Below are positions 1 through 14,845 of a DNA stretch of 64,000 nucleotides, in pieces. Position 1 is the first letter of the stretch. The number at the start of each line of letters is the position of its first letter. The stretch is from Eledone cirrhosa (Eukaryota): assembly GCA_964016885.1 (NCBI GenBank), contig OZ024747.1, forward strand, positions 74,772,001 to 74,836,000, read 5' to 3'. The translations under genes were made by a program, and so were the position numbers. A model generated the notes under the pieces. The model was not told the DNA's origin. It saw only the letters and a program-made list of their open reading frames with translations, and did no database searches.

Positions 1-53
1 TCATCATCATCATCATTTAACGTCCATGTTCCACGCTTGCATGGGTTTGGATA

Positions 54-112
<59 letters not shown>

Positions 113-116
<4 letters not shown>

Positions 117-240
117 TCATTATCTAATATACAAATGGCTTCTAGAATACTAGATATATTAAATAATGGTATTTACAGTCTACTAATGTATTGAGTACCT
201 TTTAATTGTAGTTACTCCCGATTTCATTCAGGATCTACAT
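113..240 (+). mobile_element. Penelope-like/HHR-family 3' tail fragment with degenerate fold-back
   Basis: Contains tgtattgagtacc...ttactcccgatttca, the same tail as 39300-39350 and (reverse complement) 54340-54395 and 59210-59250. Flanked by (TA)n. An imperfect inverted repeat is present (atcattatctaatata vs tatattaaataatggt). Confidence 0.55.
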
Positions 241-357
241 ATATATATGTATATATATATATGGATCTACATATATATATGTATATTATTATATTACATT
301 CTTTGATACCCTATATTTCCAACTCTAACTTTCTATACTCATTCTGTAAACCATTAT

Positions 358-462
358 CCCGCCGAGGTTAACTTTGCCTTTCATCCTTACGGGGTCGATA
401 AAATAAAGTACCAGTATTGCACAGGAATAATTGCTGGCCTTGTGCCAAAAGTAGAAACAATT
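358..462 (+). mobile_element. Nin-domain-type SINE, 5'-truncated (similar copy at about 3304-3405)
   Basis: gccgaggttaactttgcctttcatccttacggggtcgataaaataaagtaccag...gtgccaaaagtagaaacaatta, repeated more than 10 times in the window. Confidence 0.8.
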
Positions 463-704
463 AATTTTATACATCTTATTTTTTATGTTTTTTAAGTCCT
501 CCACTTTCTATATTCACTCTACATGACGACAGATATTTTAGAAACTGGTTGAGTCTATCTTCTGGAGATTGTTTGGTATCAGCTGAATAACGAACTTGAA
601 CTTACAATGTATTATCACTAATTGACAATATTAGTTTATATATTGCTAATAAATGTATTGGTTTTATTAATGTAAACACCCCTGTAACTTAAATGTGTGT
701 GTGC

Positions 705-758
<54 letters not shown>

Positions 759-1628
759 GCACACACACATAATCAAGCAACCTAAAATATTCAATGTCAA
801 AGCAGAGATTCATTTACTGAGAATGTGTATCTGTATATATGTATGTGTGTATGTATGCCAGCATACATTCATACATAACAGGTTGTACTGGTAATATATG
901 ATTCAGCACCATATGTTGCATAACTGACTCATTCAGGGTTAAACTGCACCAGCCAGTCTATCCTGGTGATGAGGATCATTAGAAACCCAACAGTTATGTG
1001 TTGAATAAAATAAAAAAAACCTTGCAAATTCTATCTGTATGCAGGACAGTAAAAGTATGTAAGATGAATCTCAACTGGTTACTTTCTTAGCTTGAAAAGC
1101 CCAGCTTTTCAATATTACCACTTTGACATTTCCTAGTATAACCAACTGTAGCAATACTTGTAGATATAAATATGAATATATAATCTGAATAGAAAAACTG
1201 AAGCTTTTCTAATAAGCTGTCTGTAAATATCCTCTTTCTCACTGATTTTGACAAGAAGGTTCACATCTGCTGGATGACCTTGTTAACTAAATTGAACTGA
1301 ACCTTTCTTTTCAATCCAAGACTCTGTGTGTGTGTGACTTTCCAATAGTCTTTCCATTACTGATACTATCTACCGGTTGTACCGCTGGCAGAAGGAGCAA
1401 CATGAAATAAAGCATCTTGCTAGAGGATATAAGACATTGCCTAGCCCAAGAATTGAACTCACAACCTCATAATTGTGAATCCAACTCATCAACTAGATAA
1501 TTATGTATTATGTCTCTATGTATTATGTCTTTATGTGTATGTGCAGGTATAGATGTCATTACATATGTGGATCTGTATGGTTTGAGTTATTTGTGCATGC
1601 TCTCCCATTCTGTCCGAGCCTGCATTAC

Positions 1629-1705
<77 letters not shown>

Positions 1706-4700
1706 TATATGCACTGCTATACACACAAACAATTTTACTTAGAAATATATGCCCACATCATAATATCTACACTCCAGCTTGTTTGCTCATATATATATTC
1801 TAATGAGTGTCTAAATATGTGCATGAATATTTCTGACTCATATATGTTTGGATATGAGATAGACAGACAGACACAAATTAGTTGAATAAATGGACAGTAC
1901 AACAAATATATACACAATAAATAAAATAGAGGCTTATGCACATATACATATGTTTCTATATCTATATGTATGCACATGCAGTTATTACTTGTAAATTTCT
2001 AGAATGTTTAAATATATTTACAGTTCCATTAATGGATTGTACTTGTAATTTTCTAATTAGGCATGTTCTTTCTGATTTTATGAAGCTCAGCTTCTCAAGA
2101 TTTGTGCTGAGGCAGCTACTATCAAATCCAAGTGAATAATCACAGTTGCAGATCTAAAGGTGTTGTCAGGTGGGAGTATCTCAGGTTCCTCATTAGTTCA
2201 GCTTAAATATTATTCTTTTCATTAATTTTAAACACTATATAAACATCTACTTTGCAGCTGATTTCAACTGCTGTGCATACCTTCTATTCTCTGTCCCATA
2301 TTATTATGTCTTGTCTGTTATGTTTAAATTTTTATTGGGGTTTTGGCTGGAACATTCCACCAGTACTCTTTCATATTATGTATGTATTCCTTCAACATCT
2401 GTAACTTTTTATATTTTTTTCCTCAGGACTATCCTTTCTATGGATTGGATTGTGTAGTGTTTTGGTCATATCCTGCCTCATAAGTAGATAGTATTGTGGT
2501 GACATCTTTGAACAGGTGCTTATGATGTGGATGACATCTTTGATGTTTATTCCACAGTCTGCATCTGTTGTCACATCTAGTTTAAGCCTCTCCCTCCTTG
2601 TTCACATTTTAAATAGAGACAGTTTATGTTACTGTTGATGTGGAAATTTCCAGTACCAGTTAGAATGTTGGTGGTTGTAACATCAATGGCCCAGATCTTA
2701 TCTAGCATCCAGTAAAATAATATAAATGTTAGTTGCTAGACAGGTTTGTAGTTTTCCCTTGCTTTATAGGGACATTTATCTCTGGACTAAAAAAAATATA
2801 GTTATGGTCTATCTCATATCAACATCAACATTATTTTCATTGTTGTTTTAATGTCCACTTTCCCTGCTAGCAACGGTTGGATGACCAAGTTAGTACTGAA
2901 AAGGAGCCACTGATCTCGCAGGCAGACCAGGGAAGGACATATGCACTTATGTACAGTCTCACATTCCATTGAGTGCTCAGGAAGGTTGACATGTGTTTGA
3001 CACACTCAGGGTCCTCTCAACCCTTTGTTTGGCAAGATTTCTATGGCTGGATGCCCTGTCTATTACCAACCACTTTACACTGTCTCATTAATAACCAAAC
3101 ACAAGAAATATAAGTATAATGTGAGAAAATTCAGTCCTCTTGATGACACCACACAAAACCCCAGCTGGTCATATAAACTTAGAAATGATAACAACTGAGA
3201 ATAATTGATCAATAGTTTAGCTATTACTTCATATAACTTCTGGACATTTTGTAGTTTTTTGTGGTTGTTGTTTTGTTTCTTTTTGGATTATTTTATATCT
3301 CAGGCCGAGGTTAACTTTGCCTTTCATCCTTACGGGGTCGATAAAATAAAGTACCAGTAATGCACTGGGTAATTGCTGGCCTTGTGCCAAAAAGTAGAAA
3401 CAATTATTTTATATCTCAGGCATTCCATTTCACTTCAGAACATTTTGAAACATCATTTTGTTTAAAATTATTTCCAATATTTTCACTATTTTTGGTATTT
3501 TCAGTTTTATGTTCTCAAATTTTCATTTTGTTTGTAACTCAACCAATTCTGCAAATAATAAAAGTAATTATTTCTTTTATTTAGTTTTTATCAAATAATA
3601 ATAATAATGATGAAAATCATAATTCTTTTGTAAGGTTTCTCTAGCAATCGTTGGTTAGGTTAACCTTGCAATGAACTGACATCCAATCCAAGAGAATTGT
3701 TCCATTCTACTCTGTCATTTAAAACCATATGAAACTGATATAAGCTCTATCCTTCATCCAACTCATGTCAGCATGGAAAAACAAAGTTAAATGTGATGGA
3801 AAGAAACTTCTTCTTCTTCACCCACTTATTCCTGAGAGGGTTGTTGGGGCAGAGTTCTCAAACATGCCTTCGAGCAGGTCCTGTCAGAAGCAACCATCTA
3901 TAATTGATCTGGCTGGCTCCCCAAGCAAGACCAGCCATGCTCATGTATGTTATTCAACCCCTGGGCCTCCATTCGGTTGGTTTTGCCCATAAAATCTTTC
4001 CAATAATTCTCTTTCCTGAGACATTCTAACCACATGCCTGTCATATCGGAGAGAAAATATATGAAGCCAGTCATTAACAAGATTTGATAGAGAAGACAAA
4101 ATCAGTGAGATGGATAGTAAGATGTTATCAATCCTTGCTCTGACAACCAACCTATGGAAGAAGAGGATGTATTAACCCAGTGATTATCTGTAGAGGCTTT
4201 GTTGAGATTTTAATTACATTGATTCTTACATGGAAACATTCAACATTCAACAGTTAATTAGTGTATCTAATTCAGTGACATTCACAACTTCACTCCAAAT
4301 AATTTCATCCCGAAAAATCTTTTTCATAGTTAATTAAATTCAGTATTGTTGAAATTTTCCTTGGACTTTTGTTAGTTATCTCCCTCCGGTGCTAATTAAG
4401 TTACCTTAATTACTGCGAGATGTTTCAACAGTCTTATGGAACTATTTCATTTCTGTTTGTTAGAAAAGGTTACGATTTCTAGGCATGAAAGAGAAACTAT
4501 ATGAGTCAAATATCAGAAATATTCATACTGATGAGCTGTGAAACATTTAGCATTCAGGCGTAATTCATTTGTGTATAACTCTGTATATGTTGTGTGTACT
4601 GTTAATTTACAGAGCAAATGTATTGCTCTAACTCTCACTTGTGCAAGTTTAGTTAGCCTTGTATAAGGTTGCATCTCAGGGCAGAGTCATTACAGCATCA

Positions 4701-4825
4701 AATTAAATGTCTTTGTATTTGTTCTCAGTCACTGACTCTGAGTTCAAATTCCACCAAGATCAACTTTGCTTTTCATATTTTTGGTGTCAACAAAGTAGCA
4801 GGGTGGTGGGAGATTAATGGAATTG

Positions 4826-5022
4826 TTAACCCTTTCATGACTGCATTTCTAATTAAATACACTCTTATTTCAATTAGTTAATGAAGAATTTTTAGGGATT
4901 TACTAAAATCATTAATTATTTCATTACTATGATAGTAAATTGGAAGATTTTAATTCAAATTAGAAATCCTTAAAATAGTCGGTTTTATTTAATAAAAGCA
5001 GAGCTTGTAACTAAAGGGTTAA
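4826..5022. mobile_element. Non-autonomous DNA transposon (piggyBac-like ends)
   Basis: ttaa-cccttt...aaaggg-ttaa inverted termini with TTAA on both sides. The internal AT-rich sequence resembles 14430-14845 and 29470-29597. Confidence 0.5.
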
Positions 5023-6583
5023 AGAACTGGATGGGGTAGTTTGTGGTATCAGATCTAGCTTTATGTATTCTGAGTTCAAATACTGTTTCTTCCTGCCAGA
5101 AGTTGTGAATGGAAGTATTGTTTCCTTCATCTGATCATTGAATTCTTTCGTTTCCTTTCAATAAAAATAAAAGGCCCCAGTCCAGGAAATTGAGAAAAAT
5201 AACTGACTGGTGAATGTGAAAACATATGTGACCTCCTTATTCAAATGTATCATAGATAATTGTTATGTTTAAGAAAATTGATTATCAATCAATAATGAAA
5301 GATATTCAATCAGAACACAAAGAGAACACAACTTAATACTAGAATGTACTACGTCCAATGTGCCACCAATTTCAGTTTCTATGCCTTATATATTTGGTAA
5401 ACGATTTAAATATGAAACAACACACACAGACAACACACATTCACACATACACATGCATACACTCACTCATACACACACACACATCCACAAACACACACTC
5501 ATACACTCATACACACACACAAGCATCCATTTGCAGACATACTGCACACATATAGGATAGTGTAAGCAATGGTGAGGCTAGTTTTCACCTCTTAGATCAG
5601 TCCTAGAGTTTATCTCCCCACCACGAAAAACACAATGCAATACAGAAAATGCATTGCCTCCCTACCCCACACATCCACGAAAAAAAAAAAGTCATGTTGG
5701 GGAGCAGTACCTCACCACCCCCTCAATTTCTTGACCCTGACTTCTTGCTATACTACTGAGTATATACAAACTCTGATTGCCAACAATGACGGCAGACAAG
5801 GTTCAACACTTGCGAAGGCATGTGGCCTAGTGGTAAGACTGTTGATCTCATGATCATAAGATCATGGGTTTGATTCTTGTGAGGTTGTGTGGTGCTTTGT
5901 GTCCTTGGGCAAGACATTTTATTTTCTCTTGCTCCAGCCCATTCAGCTGAAAATGAGTACCAGTAGCAGCAGAAGCTGGTTTAACTTGGTGCCTTGTCCT
6001 CATACTCTGTTTCTTAATGCCACATGAAGCCAGGGTAAACCCCAGCCTTCATCCTGAAAAAAAAAAACAAGTGTAATAAGAAAGAAAAAATATTGCTTTT
6101 TTTTTTTTTGTTTTTTTTTGTTTTTTGGCAGACACAGACAGTCATTAGTTTTCTTTAATACCAGGTTTTGACTTTTTTTGTTTTGTTTTTCTATCGATTT
6201 AACAAGCAGCTTTGGTATTTTTCCACCAGACCATCATTTGTTTAATAACATATTTCTAATTACAATGATAAATTTAATGATCATAATATCATCATACTGT
6301 GTTTTAGATTTTGTCTGAGACATTTTTATTACAAAGAAAAACTTTAATTATTCTAACTAATTAGATAATTTTCCTTCGAAATAAAAAGTTCATGGAAACA
6401 AATTTCCTATTACAAGAGAGGTTGAGTGTTTTAATGAGGAAAGAAAGAATAATCATTCATTATCATTAAATTTACTCCTTTAATTACCAACCTACCTGAA
6501 ACTGCCCATGGTTCTATAATGAAAAAAAATACTTGTTTTAAAGTGTTCTTGTTTAAATTTGAAGCTTATATTATAATTCTTTT

Positions 6584-6763
6584 TGGCAGTATCGGTAGAG
6601 GGTCAGACGCCATGCTTTGCAGCAAAGAGTTACGGCCCTTTATGGTCTGGATTCAAATCCCGCCAAGGTTAACTTTGCCTTTCATCCTTACGGGGTCGAT
6701 AAAATAAAGTACCAGTAATACTCTGGGATAATTGCTGGCCTTGTGCCAAAAGTAGAAACAATT
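6584..6763 (+). mobile_element. Nin-domain-type tRNA-derived SINE, near full length
   Basis: A-box-like ggcagtatcggtagag, B-box-like gattcaaatccc, central cctttcatccttacggggtcgataaa domain and ATT tail. Confidence 0.8.
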
Positions 6764-6997
6764 ATAATTCTTTTCTAAGAATCTGTCCCCATGTTATATT
6801 CTAAACACCAAAACAACAACAGAATTAATTGTGTGACTAAATCTTTCTAAATTTTTCATGTTTAAAATCAATTGAAGAATATTTCATAAGCAGTATATTT
6901 CATAAGAAACATGGTAATGAAAGGGTTAGTCTGCTTGGCGAAAGGCAAAGTCTGCTTGAATCTTATACACCAAAGTTATGAATATAAAATTAATAAT

Positions 6998-7910
6998 AAT
7001 TGTTTCAACTTTAGGCACAAGGCCAGCAAATTACCCAGTGTATTACTAGTACTTTATTTTATCGACCCCGTAAGGATGAAAGGCAAAGTTAACCCCGGCG
7101 GAATTTGAACTCAGAATAGCAAGGGCCGTAACTCTATGCATCAAAGCATGGCGTCCAACTCTCTACCAATACTTGTTTCTACTTTAGGCACAAGGCCAGC
7201 AATTACCCAGTGCATTACTGGTACTTTATTTTATCGACCCCGTAAGGATGAAAGGCAAAGTCAACCTCGGCGGGATTTGAACTCAGATCGTAAAGGGACG
7301 TAACTATGCTTGAAAGCATGGCGTCCGACCCTCTACCGATAGTGCCAATCCAACTCTCTACCAATACTGCCAATCCACCGGTTCCTAATTTAGGTACAGA
7401 GTGAATAATTTAAAGGAAAGAGAAAATTGATTAAATCGATCCCAATACTTGACTGGTACTTTATTTTATTAACCCCAGGCACAAGATGAGCAATTTAGAG
7501 GGGAAGATAAAGTTGATTAAATTGACCCCAGATTTCAATGGTACTTTATTTTATTAGCTCCAGAAGAATGAAAAGGAAAGCTGACTTTGGCAAAATTTGA
7601 ACTAAGATTGTAAAAACATTGAAATCCAACAATTTGGAGCAGAGCAAAGTTGATTAAATCGACCCCAATGTGTTACTGATGCTTTATTTTATTGAGTATT
7701 AACTGAAATAATGGTTTCTACATTTGGCATAAGGCCAGCAATTTGAAAGGGAGGGGAAATCGATTATATTGGCCCCAATGCATTGCTGGTACTTTATTTT
7801 ACTGACCCCTGTAAGGATGAAAGGCAAAGCTAACTCCCAAAGGGATTTGAACTCCGAATGTAAAGGGCCATATTTCTATGCCATAAAGCATGTTGTTTGG
7901 CTCTCTGCCA
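6998..7910 (-). mobile_element. Cluster of tandem Nin-type SINE copies and fragments
   Basis: At least 4 reverse-strand copies of gtactttattttatcgaccccgtaaggatgaaaggcaaagttaacc. Confidence 0.75.
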
Positions 7911-8382
7911 AACTGAAATAATACAAGAATTTCTAGTTTGTAGCATATTCCAGTCAAAATATATTCTTTATGGTTTCATCAAATATCAAATTGTATGCTA
8001 CATAGTAACCATGATAACATTTCTGGATTATCACTAGAAATATCATTTGATTATCGAGACAAACGAAGCAAGTAATTATCTTTGTAATGATCCAAATCTA
8101 CTCCAGCTCAAATGTTCTCCCAATTATATGACATGGAATTAATTAATTGAGAGCTCTCAATGACTGCAGCTACACTAACTGCCCTCAATACTTGAAATCT
8201 CTTCTATTATTTTTACCTCTAATTGACAACAGATTGGGATCTCAAGAGAAATTAGCTTGTATCATTTAGTAGAATTTTTAAATTAGTAATGAACTCTGTA
8301 AAAATTGCTTAGTCCTAGCAAGTCCCTTAACAATTTGAAAGTGATACATTGTGCTAGAAATAGCCATAAAAAATATATCATC

Positions 8383-8414
<32 letters not shown>

Positions 8415-8499
8415 CATCATCATTTAATGTCAATGATTATTTTAATGAGTAGTTGATCCCTGTTTTAGATAAGTTAGTATCAAAAAGGTTAAAAAAAGC

Positions 8500-8701
8500 T
8501 ACAAGTGTCCGCTGAAATGTTCATAGGCTGACCAAGATACTCTCATAGAATGACCAAACGAGGTTTATTTTTCAACATAGTCCTTAAAAAGAAACAATGC
8601 AATTATTAATAATAAGAGTTGAAATTAATGCATGCAATATTTCACAGCTCTAACATCACCCCTTCATAGCCAGCTTATGAACTTTTCTGCCAACCCTCAT
8701 A
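8500..8701. mobile_element. Mariner-type MITE (about 200 bp), copy 1
   Basis: TA-flanked TIRs (gctgaaatgttcataggctg / cagcttatgaacttttctgc). Homologous copies at 12544, 18340 and 20798. Confidence 0.8.
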
Positions 8702-11700
8702 TATTGCCCTGTCTAACACTATGACATGGTCCACATAAAGGGACAGGAAGACTCTTCAGCTATCCCAATGACATGACAACTTCCTTAGTGATGGTGCCAT
8801 GTTAAAATAGAGTGTGGGATTATATGTCAAGTCTCAGTCCCTCCTGGAAGTGAGAGACTCTGCTTGGTACTGACTGGTCTGTCACATGTCCAACCTGGGA
8901 TAACGGACATTAAACGATGATGATGTACAAAAGGGTTGAAAAACTTCTTCAGCTGTACCAAAGACATGGCAACCTTTCTAGTGCTGCTACTACAAGAAAA
9001 TAAACTGGGCTACTCTGGCGTGTGTGGGAATGTATGTAAGCAAAATGCAATAGACCTCAGACTGTCTGAGAGGTGAGTAGCTCCGATTAAATACTGACTT
9101 AGTTTGTGATGTCCGATTCAATCTTTACTAGCAGAGATAATGAACATTAAATGATAATGACTGTCCCCAGCCTATTTGAGAAGTCAGTAGCTCTGATTAA
9201 ATACTAACTTGGTTTGTGATGACCGATCCAATCCTTGCCAACAGAGAAAATAAATATTAAATAATGATGATGATGATGGTAATGACAATTAGATACCAAA
9301 TTTTAGACTGCATTGGTTGACTTGAAAAATACTGATTAAATAAAGATATACTTGGATTAACCTACAAAATGTTAAGATTATTATTATACTTCTTAAGTTA
9401 TCTTCTTAGAAGAGCATTTATCTTATCAATCCTTTGGCTTTTCTTCATCTCTTTATCACAATATCTGTTTTCATTAGATAGACAGAGATTAGTATATTTC
9501 TTAATGAAAAAGATAAGACATTATTTTATTGTTATTAATTTCTTCCAAATAACTGTAGTATTTGGGGAGCATATAATAAATATTTTAACACCCTTTACAG
9601 AAGTTTAACTATGGATCTTTGAAGTTGAACCAAGGGAAGCTCTATATGGTCGTCCAACCTACTAGAAATAGCAACAAATTCATCTCAAATTATACTTTAC
9701 CATCTTGAAAAAAGGACACGTACAATGTACAGTAGTCGTAGATATGAAATAATGATAGGGTAGTCACAGCTGAAAGAGCTTTGATCATAGGTGTAATACC
9801 TAAAATAAAGAAGACAAATACAATCGTTTTGATAACTCTGCTGGTTCTATGATACAAAGTTGTTTATTTTAAAGTTATTACATCTATTTAAAAACTTTTC
9901 ATCTTAATTATATCTAAGAACCTTTATTATGTTATGCCCCAAACATAACTTAATAATGAGAAACCTATATTACTAAACCCTTTATATGTAGTATCTTTCA
10001 TTAAAAATATGGTAATTAAGAGATATATTTTCACTAATAACTTAATACACTTTTAGACAAATTTAGTCACATGCATATTAGAGACTTAAGCAAAAACCAA
10101 TTTAAACAGAAGAGATTAATTGTTAATTTCTTGAAATCATCCACCCTTTTCTTTGAGAGGGAACTATTTAATTAAGAGATCTGGGGGTAGGGAATATGAA
10201 GTAGGGGGTAGGGTGCATTCTTGCATCGTCCTTTACCTTAATTAAGCCAAGAAACAATTTGGGACCAATTATTTCTGGGTGTAATTGATATAATTGAAAA
10301 TAAAATAAAAATAAGGGTTTGAGGTTGGAAAGAAAAGGGATGTAATTAGTAAGGAGTCTAGAGGAATACATGGTTGAGCTAACTAGAGGAAAAGAAATGG
10401 GGGACATGAGGGTGGGGTATAGTTTTCAGGGTCTGAAAAGCAGAAATGTTGTGTTAATATTAGTAGTTGCAGTTTAACCTTAGGTCAGCCTTGACCAAGT
10501 GGTCATGGTCTAAACATTCTAGCAATGACCATCATATGTAGCTTCCAGTCCAAATTGCACATCAACTGTTTTTATAATCAGTGCTAAATACATGTGATTT
10601 ATCTGTAGGTTACATACATGTATTATACATGTGAGAGAAAGACAATGCTTGAATGAACTGAGGGAGAACTGGGTTTAAGAGGAATTCCAAGGGGTGTGCA
10701 AGAGAGAAGACTGCATTGGTATGGACATGTCTTGTGCATGGGTGAGGATCATTGGGTAAAGAGCCAGGAAAACCTAGTGGAAGGAAACTGGAGTAGAGGT
10801 AAACCATGGAAGACATGGGCTGAGGTGGGGAGGTTTGGGTGGTGAGAGCTGATCTCAAGTCACTGTCACAGAGAAGAGGACAAAGGAATGCAGTGAGTGA
10901 AGAGAAGCTATGCTGAGAAAGACCCATCCAACCCATGCAAGTGTGGAAAAACAGATGTAAAATTGATGAAATGTAGAGGTAACTTGATCAGATAAAAGGA
11001 CTACAACTTGAGATATCTAGGTCCTCTCAAAATCGTAAAGGGCACACAACACTCCCACACTGATCTGGCCTGGAAACAGGGTAGACTTAGCTTTATATTA
11101 TACCAGTGTCTGATTGATTGTTCAAAAACTAAATAAAAGATCCACTAAGGTGAAACAATTGTTCTCGGTATGGTGAACTAACTGTTGTGTTACCCCTTAT
11201 ATATATATATATTTCAGTTCACAGTGTGTATATCTACCTTGAACTCAAGAATTAAAAAAGAAATGAATACCTAGAAAAACATATATTTGCCATGTCATGA
11301 CATCAAAATCAGTATCACAGAATAATGGAGAAGGGGCTGATGGAAGAGGAGAAAATAGATTTGATACACATGTGAATGGTGTGTGTATGCATATGTGTAT
11401 CCATATTTATACACACACACACACATACATAATCACTATCATTTAACATATATATATATATGTATATACATACACATTTTATATATATGCATGTCACTAT
11501 GTATATATATATATATATGTATATACATATACATTTTACATACATACATGTCACTATGTATACACATAATATCAAACATTTACACTTGAACACACACACA
11601 CACACACATTTACACACACACACATATACAGCATCGCCGTTTTACGTCCGTTCTTCCATGCTAGCATGGGTTGGGCGGGTTGTCCTGTTGTGGGCAGTGT

Positions 11701-12293
11701 CTTGCTCATACAGGAACTGATTCTGGCTTGATTTCTACAGCTGGATGCCCTTCCTAACACCAACCTCATTTACAGTGAATAATATACATTAAATAATATA
11801 CATTACCAAAGTTTATTTCATTTTATTTTATATAAATACAGCCAACAAATCAAATGAGTAATAACAATAAAAAAGGTATCAAATCTTTTACTGGTTTCAG
11901 TTATTTGATTGATCTGCGGCCACACTGGGGCAATTTATTTTAATTTATTACTTATATCAATCTTTATTTACCAAAGCAGAAGAAAGAGAGGGGCTAAGAG
12001 ATATAGAGAAACAATAGAGAGATATGATGTGTAATAGACTATGAGAGATAAAAACTGAGAGAAAGGGGAATAGTGAGAGAGAGAGAGATGCACACCAAGA
12101 GAGAGAAAGACAAAGAAACAGTGAAAGAGAAGTAGATTCAATAAAAGTAGAAGAAAGCAGTTTATTTAAAATGTGAAGCAGATGTATTATTCTAAGAACC
12201 AGTTGTCCATTATCCTACTGATATTTGTGCATATGACTGAAACAAATTGAATAAGAAGACATTTACAAAAACAGTTCATTGCAAAACCTTTAT

Positions 12294-12508
12294 TTAGTAA
12301 ATTTCTATGGTAACTTGCTGTGCATCCAGTTTCAGAGGAATATAGAGTGATTCCATTTTATTTGTCAAATATTTTGTATAGAATTCAATCGATAAGATCC
12401 CAGACTTTATTTGCTTTCCAATTGGAGTGGATCTTGTGAAATTAGTCCAAGGAAACAATGTTTCCATTGGCCTTTCTATTGGTGATACCTATCTACTGGT
12501 TGCAATTC
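12294..12508 (-). pseudogene. Candidate terminal exon or exon relic with one in-frame TAG
   Basis: Acceptor ttttttttcccag, then (G)IATSR*VSPIERPMETLFPWTNFTRSTPIGKQIKSGILSIEFYTKYLTNKMESLYIPLKLDAQQVTIEIY*. AATAAA overlaps the final stop. No recognised homology. Confidence 0.25.
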
Positions 12509-12543
12509 CTGGGAAAAAAAATGTTATGTGTGTAAAAATATAT

Positions 12544-12742
12544 TACAAGGGTTAGCTGAAATGTTCATAGGCAGACCAAGATACTCACATAGAATGATTA
12601 AATTATGTTTATTTTTCAAGATAGTCACTGGAATAAAATAATGCAATCATTAATAAGAGTTGAAGTCAATGCATGCAAGATTTCACAGCCCTAGCATTAT
12701 TCCTTCATAGTCAGCTTGTGAACCCTTCAGCCAACCCTCGTA
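12544..12742. mobile_element. Mariner-type MITE, copy 2
   Basis: tacaagggttagctgaaatgttcatagg ... cttgtgaacccttcagccaaccctcgta, with TA on both sides. Confidence 0.8.
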
Positions 12743-13574
12743 TTTTCATGAAATATATAAGCATCATTGGGTGACTCTTCAAGTCAGTTTATAAATCATA
12801 AAATATCATTAAACCATAAATTGAAAGTTGGAATTTAACATAAATGCTTGGCCAACTGTTACTTATATCTCCCTGATCTGATCAAAGACATCAATTACAG
12901 ATAAAACCTGAAGATGAATTAATAGGAAATTTCCAAGCTATTAACCTTATCTTTCTAAAATGTTTATCAGTAAACCAAAGAAAAAGCCTCCATGTAACAA
13001 CTCAACCTGTTAGAAATAGCACCAAAATCAACCTGAAATCACTGCCAGTGATCTTAAAACATGTCCAGGGTGATGTTATGTCTGAAAATCAAATGATAGA
13101 ATACTTTTGATCATATAGCTGTTCAATCACATCTGACCTGGAGCTGAATAAAACCAAGAAAATTATCAGCCTACTCTCAGATCTTCTTCAAATACTCTCT
13201 TCTAATATATATATAAACACACAATCAGATATACATACACACACCACATACACACTCACACACACTCACACACGCTCTCATATGCACACACACCCATACA
13301 GATTTACATGCATATTCACACACACTCACATATACACACACACATAGATGCACACATACACATGCTTAGATAAAAACATACATGCATGCACTCACACACT
13401 CACATACATACATACAGGCATTTACTCACACACACACTCACTCTCACATACACACACATACTCTCACATGCACACATATACACACAGAAACAAGATAGTT
13501 TTCAAATGATTAAGAAGCACACAGAGAAATGTAGAATTTGATGTTTGTTAATGAGAAGTAAATATTTAATAATG

Positions 13575-13960
13575 TTTAGTCTATACCTCTATATAGTTTA
13601 GTCTATACTTCTATATAGTTTAGTCTATATTTCTATATAATTTAGTCTATACCTCTATATAATTTAGTCTATATGTCTATATAATTTACTCTATACCTCT
13701 ATATAATTTACTGTATACCTCTATATAATTTAGTCTATATGTCTATATAGTTTAGTCTATACCTCTATATAATTTAGTCTATATGTCTATATAATTTAGT
13801 CTATACCTCTATATAATTTAGTCTATATGTCTATATAATTTAGTCTATATGTCTATATAATTTAGTCTATACATCTATATAGTTTAGCCTATACATCTAT
13901 ATAGTTTACTCTATACCTCTATATAGTTTAGTCTATACCTCTATATAATTTAGTCTATAC
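13575..13960. repeat. 22-bp minisatellite, about 17 copies
   Basis: Unit tttagtctatacctctatata(g/a); starts at 13575 and 13597. Confidence 0.9.
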
Positions 13961-14431
13961 ACAATATATTTTATATATTGATTTTTACATGCTGGATGCC
14001 CTCCCTAATACCAACCACATTTACAGTATATATATATAAATTTACCTCTAAAGCAATTTTGTTTTGTTTAATGCCTTATTAAAATTAAGCTGGTGGAGAT
14101 TGTCTTGGAAATATAGGTATGTGTTCCATGGCTTTTGGTAAAACTGTGTACGGTTTCTATGACTTTGGGGATAATTATAAACAGGTTCTGCAACAGTTTA
14201 GAAGTTTCTATCAAGTATCCACAATAAAATAAGTTTGAGAACTATTGATGGTAAATTTATACATTTAATGTTATATTTATTGTCTCTTGATTTATTTTTA
14301 GTTTCTGCTTGGAAAAATGGAAACTATACTCCATAGAAATATTTCAGTCTTCTCCTCACATATCACTTCTTCAGCTGTTCCTTATTTTGATCCTGTCATT
14401 ACAGTTTTTCTAAAATAATACACAGTATTTA

Positions 14432-14845
14432 CATTAATTAATGAAAATTGTATTTGTATAAATTAATGAAAATTTTTTGAGGGATTTGCTAAAATTAATA
14501 TTTATTTCATTAAGATGGTATTTTGAACATACTTTAACAAAAGGTTTTATATAAAATTATATTGGAAGTTATTAATTTAAATAGGAACTGTTTACAATGG
14601 AAGGTTGTGGTTCATAGAACCAGAAGTTAATTAATTTGTATTAATTAATGAAAATTTTGTAGGGTTTACTAATATGAATATTTATTTCATTAAGATGGAA
14701 TTTTTAACCTACTTTAACAAAAGGTTTTATATTAAATTATATTACAAGATATTCATTTAAATAGGAACTGTTTATTTACAATAGAAATTTTCAGTTCATA
14801 GAGCCAGAGGTGGTTTGAGTCAGGTTGGTGTCGAAGAGGTTAATT
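14432..14845. repeat. About 180-bp tandem duplication within an AT-rich MITE-like element
   Basis: ttaatgaaaatttt...tttaacaaaaggttttata...tttaaataggaactgttta occurs twice (from about 14463 and 14645). The element ends in gaagaggttaa. Confidence 0.65.

Noticed and set aside
4525-4552. CTGATGA-gctgt-GAAA hammerhead-like string
   Set aside because: No credible stem I, II or III.
8006-8019. RFX X-box-like GTAACCATGATAAC
   Set aside because: A single short motif with no identifiable transcription start or gene nearby.
14335-14380. Minus-strand CTGAAGA...GAAA match
   Set aside because: Only a 3-bp stem II and at most 2 bp of stem I, which is consistent with chance.
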